This document shows positions 12,190 through 23,062 of a stretch of 64,000 nt of DNA, one piece after another. The stretch's first letter is position 1. Each line of letters starts with the position of its first letter. The notes beneath the pieces are model-generated. The model did no database searches. It was not told where the DNA came from and worked only from the letters and a program-made list of their open reading frames with translations. The stretch is from Squalus acanthias. Its lineage: Eukaryota. Location of the stretch: positions 173,974,001 through 174,038,000 of the forward strand of contig CM059425.1 in the NCBI GenBank assembly GCA_030390025.1, in the 5' to 3' direction. The position numbers and the translations under genes were made by a program.

Positions 12190-13188
12190 CACAGCTATTC
12201 ACAATATATATTAATGATCTAGACAAGGGAACTAGATGTAATATCTCCAAGTTTGCAGACGACACAAAGCTGGGTGGGCGTGTGTGCTGTGAGGAGGATG
12301 CCGAGAAACTCCAGGATGATTTGGACAGGTTGGGTGATTGGGCAGAAGCATGGCAGATGCAATATAACGTGGATAAATGCGAGGTTATCCACTTTGGTAT
12401 CAAAAACAGGAAGGCAGATTATTATCTGAATGGCAATAGATTGGGAGAAGGGGAAGTGCAACAAGACCTGGGTGTTCTTGTGCACCAGTCGCTGAAGGTA
12501 AGCATGCAGGTGCAGCAGGCGGTTAAGAAAGCAAATGGTATGTTGGCCTTCGTAGCGAGAGGGTTTGAGTACAGGAACAAGGAAGTCTTGCTGCAGTTGT
12601 ACAGGGCCTTGGTGAGACCACATCTTGAGTATTGTGTGCAGTTTTGGTCGCCTTATCTGAGGAAGGAGGTTCTTGCCATGGAAGGAGTTCAGCGAAGATT
12701 CACCAGGCTGATACCTGGGATGGCAGGAACGACGTATGAGGAGAGATTGGGTCGATTGGGCTTATACTCGCTGGAGTTTAGAAGAATGAGAGGGGATCTC
12801 ATTGAAACTTATAAAATTCTGACAGGACTGGACAGACTAGATGCAGGAAGAATGTTCCCGATGGTCGGAGAGTCCAGAACCAGGGGTCACAGTCTAAGGA
12901 TAAGGGGTAAGCCATTTAGGACAGAAATGAGGAGGAATTTCTTCACCCAGAGGGTGGTGAACCTGTGGAATTCTCTACCACAGAAGGCAGTAGAGGCCAA
13001 TTTATTAAATATATTCAAGAAGGAGTTGGATATATTTCTTAAGGCTAAAGGGATCAAGGGATATGGGGAGAAAGCAGGGCCAGGGTTCTGAATTTGGATG
13101 ATCAGCCATGATCGCATTGAATGGCGGAGCAGGCTAGAGGGGCCGAATGGCCTACTCCTGCTCCTATCTTCTATGTTTATATGTTTCT
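12190..13188 (+). mobile_element. CR1 LINE 3' fragment
   Basis: Open 269-aa ORF2 C-terminus (ALVRPHLEYCVQFWSP, RNFFTQRVVNLWNSLP); 3' UTR ggccgaatggcctactcctgctcct with ttctatgt tail. Confidence 0.93.
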
Positions 13189-14089
13189 ACAGCATGGCAC
13201 ACATTCAAACTGCACCTTATAACTGAAATTCTTATCACATTGACATCTTAAAAAGATTTCACAACAAAATCCTTCTAACAAAAATTAGCAGCACAATGCA
13301 TTTCTCACCACTTTTGCGGCAGATCTTAAATAATGGTATAATTCACCAATGTAGTAAATGATTTTGTAGTGCACAACATGATAAAGCACAAGAAATTCTT
13401 AAGTATTACCATTTCATCCTGATCCAATGGTATGATATAAATATGCTCTGTAAGAAGAAATCTGCTTTTTTCTATTTCCACTCTGCATTAAGAGACCTTT
13501 TGCAGTGCTGAATCCTTTTAGCAACACTGGGATCGGTACCCTGAAAAGAATATTTATCAAGGACACGAGACAAGTCCTTACCCCTCGTCTTAACTCCTCA
13601 ACAACAACTCATCAAAAATCTGCCTGGCGTTTACTATCCAGTTCATGTGTAGGAGTGAATGATGCGTAAATTTAGCTCGTTGAACTATTCTACATCAATC
13701 AGTTTGGATTATATTAGCATTTACACTACCTCCCATTAAAATACGCACAAGCTACTGAGTGAATTAATTGACCCATACTTGCATAATCATCAAAGAAGAA
13801 GCCAGACAATAAATTTATGAACTAACAATTGTTTCTTAACTTCACAATTATAATTAGCATCACTTAAACTTAAACATTGAACATCCAACTATTTAGTAGT
13901 TAGGGTTAAATGATGGACCAAATGAATAATGGAGGTTACAAAGGCTGTTCAGTTATGTCATGATAATTCAACATTAACTGGCTTGCTAATTATCAACTTA
14001 CAGTAGCGATCGATATCTAAGATTGATATAAATTGGTGAGATTAATTTATGATTAGACTACTTAAAGAGCTAACAACATGAAATAGTTA

Positions 14090-14476
14090 GGGCTGGATTT
14101 TGAATGACCCATGGAGTCGGGTTTGGAGGCGTGTGGGGGGTTAAATTTGCAGGGTCGGGGTTTCCGACCCCATCCCGCCTCCACGCAATTTTGACAGAAT
14201 CAGTCGCGGGGTTCCCGACTCCATCCCGCCTTCAAGAGGCAGGAGAGGCCATTAAAGCCCTTAACAAGCTCTAAATTGGCTCTGTAATGCCATTTTGAAA
14301 CGCTGTAGCTAGTTTAACCTTCTTCTGACGTGAAGCACGCCTGGTGTGAAACACTCCAGTGAAACCTGGCGGGAGCACAAGTGGATAGCTGACTATCGGC
14401 TGCAGGTCCACTATTACAACGGAGATGTGATGAAGGTAGTAGTAGTATTAGGTGTGAAGGTCGCCTCTGATGCTGC

Positions 14477-14512
<36 letters not shown>

Positions 14513-14795
14513 CCCCCGCCCCCCCCATATTTGCATCCAGGTCCACTCACATCAAAAGCCAGGCAGGTCCTCTCTCACCAACAGTCTCTGAGACTAGGCA
14601 GTCAGCAATGATGACATCATCAGAGGCGAATTTCAGACTGAAAACACTAATTCGTTCATGGGTTCCCACATGCTCCAACTCAATTGCCCAATTAAGTGAA
14701 AATTGCATCAGCCATCCACATTAATCTAGAGTCGGGGGGAAACACGAAATGCGGATTACACAACCCCAACCCGACCCCAAGACAAAATCCAGCCT
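14090..14795 (+). mobile_element. Harbinger MITE
   Basis: TIRs gggctggattttg / caaaatccagcct; TSD TTA; internal (CT)n; nearly identical to the 52985 copy. Confidence 0.88.
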
Positions 14796-15294
14796 TTAGT
14801 CTATTGGATAGATTAAAATCTATATGCTCACAGCTAGCAATGTTTCCAGAACTTATACAACCGCATCCTTATGAGTTGTTTGCATCACCTCCTCTGGGAT
14901 GGTGGTGTCAGCCTCCTGAGATGTCAGAATGATAAATTTCCATCTGTAGGGGAGATATATGTTCCTCTTGGATGCTCTGCTCCTCGGTAAATTCACCTTC
15001 TGCGCTGGTAGTTGTAGCTGGACAATCTGGCTTAAATCTCAGTTCTGTTGATCTTAGGGCAACTTTTACTGCAAAGTGACCGTTATATATACCTGGTACA
15101 GCTGTACAATTTTAGCTTCTGTAACCTCTGTATATCTTGTCGGAGGTGGTGGGCTGCCTTGCCTGGAGATGCACTTTCCATCTTCTACAGTGACACCCTA
15201 TTAAGTACACTAGACGAGGTTTCCAAACTGGGGGGGGGGGGGGCGGGGGGCACAGTGAGGTTATCAGGGAGGCAGGCGCAAGAAGAATGTTGGA

Positions 15295-17372
15295 TGTGGT
15301 GAGCTGCTTTCTTGAACCGCTGCAGTCCGTGTGGTGAAGGTACTCCCACAGTGCTGTTAGGTAGGGAGTTCCAGGATTTTGACCTAGCAACGATGAAGGA
15401 TCGGCGATATACTTCTAAGTCAGGATGGTGTGTGACTTGTAGGGGAACTTGGAGGTGGTGATGTTCCCATGCGCCTGCTGCCCTTGTCCTTCTATGTGGA
15501 AGAGGTCCCGGGTTTGGGAGATGCTGCCGAAGAAGCCTTGGCGAGTTGCTGCAGTGCATCTTGTAGATGGTACACACTGCAGCCACGGTATGCCGGTGGT
15601 GGAGGGAGTGAATGTTTAAGGTGGTGGATGGGGTGCCAATCAAACGGGCTGCTTTGTCCTTGATGGTGTCGAACTTCTTGAGTGTTGTTGCAGCTGCACT
15701 CATCCAGGCAAGTGGAGAGTATTCCATCACACTCCTTAATTGTGCCTTGTATATGGTGGAAAGGCTTTGGGGAGTCAAGAGGTGAGACACTCGCCGCAGA
15801 ATACCTAGCCTCTGACCTGCTCTTGTTGTCACAGTATTTATGTGGCTGATCCAGTTAAGTTTCTGGTCAATGGTGACCCCCCCCCCCAGGATGTTGATGG
15901 TGGGGGATTCGGCGATGGTAATACCGTTGAATGTCAAGGGGTGGTGGTTAGACTGGTGGTGCGAATGTTACCTACCACTTATGAGCCCAAGCCTGAATGT
16001 CGTCCAGGTCTTGTTGCATGCGGGCATGGACTACTTCATTATCTGAGGAGTTGTGAATGGCGCTGAACACTGTGCAGTCATCAGCGAACATCCCCATTTC
16101 TGACCTTATGTTGGAGGGAAGGTCATTGCTGAAGCAGCTGAAGGTGGTTGGGCCTAGGACGCTGCCCTGAGGAACTCCTGCAGCGATGTCCTGGGGCTGT
16201 GATGATTGACCTTCAATCACCAAAACCATCTTCCTTTGTGCTAGGTATGACTCCAGCCAGTGGAGCGTTTTCCCCCTGATTCCCATTGACTTCAGTTTTA
16301 CTAGGGCACCTTGATGCCACACTCGGTAAAATGCTACCTTGATGTCAAGGGCAGTCACTCTCACCTCACCTCTGGAATTCAGCTCCTTTGTCCATGTTTA
16401 GACCAAGGCTATAATGAGGTCGGGAGCCAAGTGGTCTTGGCGGAACCCAAACTGGGCATCAGTGAGCAGGCTATTGGTGAGTAAGTGCCGCTTGATAGCA
16501 CTGTCGATGACACCTTCCATCACTTTGCTGAAGATTGAAAGTAGACTGATGGGGCGGTAATTGGCCAGATTGGATTCGTCCTGCTTTTTGTGGACAGGAC
16601 ATACCTGGGCAGTTTTCCACATTGTCGGATAGATGGCAGTGTTGTAGCTGTAATGGAAGAGCTTGGCTAGAGGCGCAGCTAGTTCTGGAGTACAAGTCTT
16701 CAGCACGATAGCCGGGATGTTGTCGGGGCCCATAGCCTTTGCTGTATCCAGTGCGCTCAGCCGTTTCTTGATATCACGTGGAGTGAATCGAATTGGCTGA
16801 AGACTGGCTTCTGTGATGATGGGGACCTCGGGAGTAGGCCGATATGAATCATTCACTCGGCACTTCTGACTGAAAATGGTTGCAAACGCTTCAGCCTTGT
16901 CTTTTGCACTCACGTGCTGGGCTCCACCATCATTGAGGATGGGGATATTCATGGTTGTTTACTGGTCCACCACCATTCACGACTGGATGTGGCAGGACTG
17001 CAGAGCTTTGATCTGATCCGTTGATTGTGGGATCACTTAGCCCTGTATAGCATGCTGCTTCCGCTTTTTAGCATGCATGTAGTCCTGTGTTGTAGCTTCC
17101 CCAGGTTGGCACCTCATTTTTAGGTACGCCTGATGCTGCTCCCGGCATGCTCTTCTACACTCCTTATTGAACCAGGGTTGGTCCCCTGGCTTGATGGTAA
17201 TGGTAGAGTGAGGGATATGCCGGGCCATGAGGTTACAGATTGTGGTGGAATACAATTCTGCTACTGCTGATGGCCCACAGTGCCTCATGGATGCCCAGTT
17301 TTGAGCTGCTAGATCTGTTCTGAATCTATCCCATTTAGCACAGTGGTAGTGCCACACAACACGATGGAGGGT
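15295..17372 (-). mobile_element. CR1-group LINE of a second family, decayed ORF2
   Basis: KAMGPDNIPAIVLK, ANYRPISLLSIFSKVME, GVPQGSVLGP, MFADD, YKAQLRSVMEY, SKSWNSLP. Confidence 0.85.
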
Positions 17373-17869
17373 CATGGCCATGCTGAGCCAGGACCGGGAC
17401 CAAGAGCCAGAGCAGAACCTCCACCCTGTTACGCAGCGGCGATGATGATAAAAGGCATTGCCAGATGTGGCTCAGGTCCGACTTCCAGCTGCGAGTCGCC
17501 GCCGCACTCTGCCAGCCTGTTGTTGGCTGGCACTGGGCCTGGAGCCGGGAACCTGCCGAGCATCTTCGCCCCGGAGCTGGATGGGGAGCTCGATGAGAAC
17601 GTGAACGGCGAGCTGGTGCCAAAGGTAAACGGATGGTTGGGGATTGACTGAGGGGAGGAAACTTGACCCTGGGACTGAAAGGTGAGGGGAGCAACCAGGA
17701 CTAATGATAAATTTGGGGGTGTGGGGTGGGCATCGGTGTGGGGCAGGTTTGGGGGGGTGGGGTGGGTTTGGGGGTGTGTGGGATGGGTGTTGGGGTGGGA
17801 ATGGAGTCACTCTGTTGGAGCAAAGGGAGGATTTTAAACCGCACCATGCTGCTGCACCTGAAACAGTTT

Positions 17870-18003
17870 CAGAATTGAATCCAACCGATGCCCATCACAC
17901 CCGATTTTTATTTACATTGAAGTCAATGGGTGAGATGTAAAACGGGCTCCCGACTCACTATCACCCATTTTACACCATCACACAAAGTCAAAAATCTACC
18001 CCA
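17870..18003. repeat. Partial small palindromic MITE (same family as 60913-61058)
   Basis: Shares gagatgtaaaacgggct and cacaaagtcaa..ctaccc with the 60913 copy. Confidence 0.55.
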
Positions 18004-18062
18004 GTGAACTAGAACTACCTTTTCACAGTGCAGATTTAGCCTGGGATGGGGGAGGGGGTTCC

Positions 18063-18201
18063 ACTCTTTCTCTCACTCTCGCTCTCTGTCTCTCTGACTG
18101 TCTATCTCTCTCTGTCTGTTCTTCTATCTCTCGTTCTCTGCCTCTCTCTCTGTCTATCTCTCTTACTCTCTGTCTCTTTCTCTATCTGTCTCTCTCTCTC
18201 T
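18063..18201. repeat. Imperfect (CT)n/(CTGT)n microsatellite
   Basis: Visible low-complexity CT-rich tract. Confidence 0.85.
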
Positions 18202-18209
18202 CGGTGCAA

Positions 18210-21200
18210 TACTTGCCCTACGGGTGAGATTGGGTACCCATTGCCTGGGGTTCATTTGTCATGGACTTATAGCATATATGCTATTATTAACTTATAGCAT
18301 ATGACTTATAGCATATAGCATATATGCTATTATTAACATATAGCATATAACTAAATAAAAAAAAACTAAACTTAATTTAATTAATTAAATAAACTAAACG
18401 AGGTAAATAATTTGATTAACATTAAACTAATTAAATAAATAAAATAATGGGAGAACAGGAGATGTGTTGCTGCTGCAATATGTGGAAGCTTGTGGACATT
18501 TTTGTCCAGGGCGACTACACCTGCGGTAAGTGTCTGCGGCTCGAGGAACTTCGGCTCCGAGTTGAGGAGCTAGAGTCCGAGCTGCAGACATTGCGAGACA
18601 TCAGGGAGGGAGAAAGTTACCTGGACTTTTTGCTCCAGGAGGCAGCCACACCCCTTAGATTAAATACTTTAGAATTGACACGTGGTCAGGGACAGGAGGG
18701 TGTGACTGCGAGTGAGGCAGGTACAGGGATCCAGGAGGTAGTATTGCAGGAACCTCAGTCCTTGCACTTGTCCAATAGATTCAAGGTTCTTGCAACCCTT
18801 GTGGACAAGTGCGTTGACTGCGGGGAGAATGAGCAAACTGACCACGGCACCATGGTACAGGAAGCCGTTCAAGTGGGGGGAGTAAAAAGGAAGGTGGTTG
18901 TAGTAGGCGACAGTATAGTTAGGGGGATAGACACTGTTCTCTGCAGCCAGGAGCATGAGTCCCAAAGGCTATGTTGCCTACCCGGTGCCAGGGTAAAGGA
19001 CATCTCCTCCGGGCTGGAGAAGAACTTGGAGTGGGAGGGGGAGGATCCAGTTGTCGTGGTCCACGTAGGTACCAATGACATAGGTAGGACTAAGAAAAAG
19101 GTTCTGCTGAGAGAGTTTGAGCAGCTTGGGACTAAATTAAAAAGCAGAAGCACAAAGGTAATAATCTCTGGATTATTACCTGAGCCACGAGCAAATTGGC
19201 ATTGGGTCAATAGGATCAGGGAGATGAATGCGTGGTTCAAAGATTGGTGTGGGAGAAGTGGTTTTCGATTAGTGCGGCACTGGCACCAGTACTGGGGAAA
19301 GAGAGAGCTGTTCCATTGGGACGGACTACACCTGAACCATGCTGGGACCAGAGTTCTAGCGAATCGAATAACTAGAGAGGTAGATAGGGCTTTAAACTAA
19401 ATAAGCGGGCGGAGGGTTCCGGTGGAGAGAAATCTAGAATGCTAAAGAGAAAAGACAAGGAAGCAGTGCAGGAAAGTGATTGGGGTAAGGATAACCAGAT
19501 TGTGTCAGGAAGGGACAGAGCGTACAAACAGAAGAGTGCACTAACAAATAGGGTCCGGATAAGAAAAAATGGTAAGAAGACAAATAGGGCCATAGTACAA
19601 AAAATTGTTAAGATATCTAAAAATATGAAAACGACAAATCTAAAGGCACTGTATCTGAATGCACGAAGCATTCGTAATAAGGTAGACAAATTAACAGCGC
19701 AAATAGATGTAAACAGATACGATATAATTGCGATTACGGAGACATGACTGCTGGGTGACCAAGGCTGGGAGCTGAATATCCAAGGATATTCGATATTTAG
19801 GAATGACAGGCAAAAAGGAAAAGGAGGTGGGTAGCGTTGTTAGTAAAGGATGAAATCTGAGCAATAGTGAGAAAGGATATTGGCTCAGAAAATCAAGATG
19901 TAGAATCAGTCTGGGTGGAGCTAAGAAGCACCAAGGAGCGGAAAACATTAGTGGAAGTTATCTATAGGCCTCCAAACAGTAGTGGTAATGTAGGGGACGG
20001 CATCAAACAGGAAATTAGAGATGCATGTAACAAGTGTACTACAGTAATCATGGGTGACTTTAATCTACATATAGACTGACCAAACTAAATTAGCAATAAT
20101 ACTGTGGAGGATGAATCCCTGGAGTGTGTACGAGATGGTTATTTAGACCAGTACGTTGAGGAGCCAACTAGGGAACAGGCTATCCTAGATTGGGTATTGT
20201 GCAATGAGAAGGGGTTAATTAATAATGTTGTTGTGCGGGGTTCTTAAGGGAAGAGTGACCATAACATGATAGAATTCTTCATTAAGATGGAAAGTGAAGT
20301 AGTCCAATCCGAAACTAGGGTTCTAAATCTAAACAAAGGAAACTACGAAGACATGAGGAGTGAGTTGGCTATGATAGATTGGGGAGCTTCATTAAAAGGC
20401 ATGATGGTGGATAGGCAATGGCTAACATTTAAGGAACGAATGCATGAATTGCAACAGTTATACATTCTTTTCTGGCGCAAAAACACAAAAGGAAAAGCGG
20501 CACAACCATGGCTAACAAAAGAAATTAAGGATAGTATTAGATCCAAAGAGGAGTCATATAATGTTGCCAGAAAAAGTAGCAAGCCTGAGGATTGGGAGCA
20601 GTTTAAAATTCAGCAAAAAAGGACCAAGAGATTGATTAAGAGGGGAAAAATAGAGTACGAGAGTAAGCTTGCAAGGAACATAAAAGCGGACTCTAACAGC
20701 TTCTACAAGTATGTAAAAAGAAAAAGATTACTGAAGACAAATGTAGGTCCCTTACAGTTAGAAATGGGAGAATTTATAATGGGGAACAAGGAAATGGCTG
20801 AGCAATTAAACAAATACTTTGGTTCTGACTTCACGGAGGAGGACACAAATAACTTCCCAGAAATGCTAGGGAACCAAGGGTCTAGTGAGAAGGAGGAATT
20901 AAAGGAAATTAATATTAGTAAAAAAAATAGCGCTGGAGAAATTAATGGGACTGAAAGCTGATAAATCCCCAGGGCCTGATAATCTGCATCCCAGATTACT
21001 AAAAGAGGTAGCCATGGAAATAGTGGATGCATTGGTTGTCATCTCCAAAATTCTATAGTTTATGGAACAGTTCCTGCAGATTGAAGGGTGGCAAATGTAA
21101 CCCCACTATTTAAAAAAGGAGGGAGAGAGAAAACAGGGAACTGCAGACCGGTTAGCCTAACATAAGTAGTAGGGAAAATGCTAGAGTCTATTATAAAGGA

Positions 21201-22548
21201 TGTGATAACAGGACACTTAGAAAATATCAACGGGATTAGACAAAGTCAACATGGATTTATGAAAGGGAAATCGTGTTTGACAAACCTACTGGAGTTTTTT
21301 TGAGGATGTAACTGGTAGAATAGATAAGGGAGAACCAGTGGACGTGGTGTATTTGGATTTTCAGAAGGCCTTTGATAAAGTCCCACATAAGAGGTTAGTG
21401 TGCAAAATTAAAGCACATGGGATTGGGGGTAATATACTGGCATGGATTGAAAATTGGTTAACAGACAGGAAACAGAGAGTTGGAATAAATGGGTCTTTTT
21501 GGGGTGGCAGGCAGTGACTAGTGGGGTACTGCAGGGATCAGTGCTTGGGCCCCAGCTATTCACAATATATATCAATGATTTGGATGAGGGAACCAAATGT
21601 AATATTTCCAAGTTTGCTGATGACACGAAACTAGGTGGGACTGTGAGTTGTGAGGAGGATGCAAAGAGGCTTCAAGGCAATTTAGACAAGTTGAGTGAGT
21701 GGGCAAATACATGGCAGATGCAGTATAACGTGGATAAATGTGAAGTTATCCACTTTGGTAGGAAAAACAGAAAGGGAGAGTATTATTTAAATGGTGATAG
21801 ATTGGGAAATGTTGATGTACAAAGGGACCTGGGTGTCCTTGTACATCAGTCACTGAAAGCAAACATGCAGGTGCAGCAAGCAATTAGGAAGGCAAATGAT
21901 ATGTTGGCATTCATTGCAAGAGGATTTGAGTACAGGAGCAAGGATGTCTTACTACAGTTATACAGAGCCTTGGTGAGACCACACCTGGAGTACTGTGTGC
22001 AGTTTTGGTCTCCTTACCTAAGAAATTATATACTTGCCATAGAGGGAGTGCAGCGAAGGTTCACCAGACTGATTCCTGGGATGGCAGGACTGTCGTATGA
22101 GGAGAGATTGAGATGACTAGGCCTGTATTCACTAGAGTTTAGAAGAATGAGAGGGGATCTCATTGAAACGTGTAAAATTCTGACAGGGCTAGACAGACTG
22201 GATGCAGGGAGGATGTTTCCCATAGCTGGGGGGTCTAGAACGAGGGGTCACAGTGTCAGGATACGGGGTAGGATATTTAGGACTGAGATGAGGAGAAATT
22301 TCTTCACTCATAGGGTGGTGAACCTGTGGAATTCTCTACCACAGAAGGCTGTGGAGGCCACGTCACTGAATATATTTAAGAAGGAGATAGATAGATAGAT
22401 ATCTAGACACAAAAGGCATCAAGGGGTATGGGGAGAGAGCGGGAATATGGTATTGAGACAGAGGATCAGCCATGATCATATTGAATGGTGGAGCAGGCTC
22501 GCAGGGCCAAATGGCCTACTCCTGCACCTGGTTTTCTATGTTTCTATG
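18210..22548 (+). mobile_element. Near full-length CR1 LINE (ORF1 plus disrupted ORF2); 5' boundary approximate
   Basis: AT-rich leader, ORF1, ORF2 with APE endonuclease (YLNARSI, IAITET, YRPPN, GDFN, SDH) and RT (FADDTK), 3' UTR ending ttctatgtttctatg. Confidence 0.93.
18447..19400 (+). CDS. CR1 ORF1 protein: Cys-rich zinc-finger-like region, leucine zipper and SGNH/GDSL esterase domain
   Basis: Uninterrupted 317 aa; CCCCNMW...CGKC, heptad Leu run, GDSIVRG, CLPGA, HVGTND, DGLH. Confidence 0.88.
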   Translation: MGEQEMCCCCNMWKLVDIFVQGDYTCGKCLRLEELRLRVEELESELQTLRDIREGESYLDFLLQEAATPLRLNTLELTRGQGQEGVTASEAGTGIQEVVLQEPQSLHLSNRFKVLATLVDKCVDCGENEQTDHGTMVQEAVQVGGVKRKVVVVGDSIVRGIDTVLCSQEHESQRLCCLPGARVKDISSGLEKNLEWEGEDPVVVVHVGTNDIGRTKKKVLLREFEQLGTKLKSRSTKVIISGLLPEPRANWHWVNRIREMNAWFKDWCGRSGFRLVRHWHQYWGKRELFHWDGLHLNHAGTRVLANRITREVDRALN

Positions 22549-23059
22549 ACTTGTGCCAAAACAAATTTGAGGCAAGAAGCTTGCAAGCGCACAGTCGAAG
22601 TGGCCTGAAATTATTCCAATCAGGTCACACTGCAGATGGCTGTCAGCTTGAACAGTCACAAGGTCAGTAGATTTGCAAAATCTTATCCCAAACCTCCAAC
22701 AACAAAGTTGTTGCATTTGAATGTCAGCCATGTTACAGGAGTGCTTTTTAAGTGCTGCATCAATGACTACAAATCATGTCCTCCAGCAACTCATCTCCTT
22801 GCAGCTGGCAAGACGGGAAACAGGAGCCAGAAGCACGAAAATGGGAAACCACTATAAAAATAGGATTAGCAAGGCAGTTAGCAGGCTGTTAACTGCCTTA
22901 ACTACCTGTCCCACCGGTTCCAGTCGGGTCAGTTTGGGAGCGGCTGACCCGACACTCATTAAAATCACGTGGGGGCGTGATGGAGGCAGGTTGGTAGTCT
23001 GAAGCCAATTTTTCCGATTTTCACTGCCCACCCGCCTCTGGGCTATTAAAATCAAGCCC
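22549..23059 (-). mobile_element. Harbinger-type terminal fragment
   Basis: Ends in aaaatcaagccc (revcomp gggcttgatttt) with CCCGCCTC subterminal motif; other end not found. Confidence 0.6.
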
Positions 23060-23062
23060 AAT

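Noticed and set aside
18260..18350. CRISPR-like array
   Set aside because: No unique spacers between repeats; eukaryotic context.
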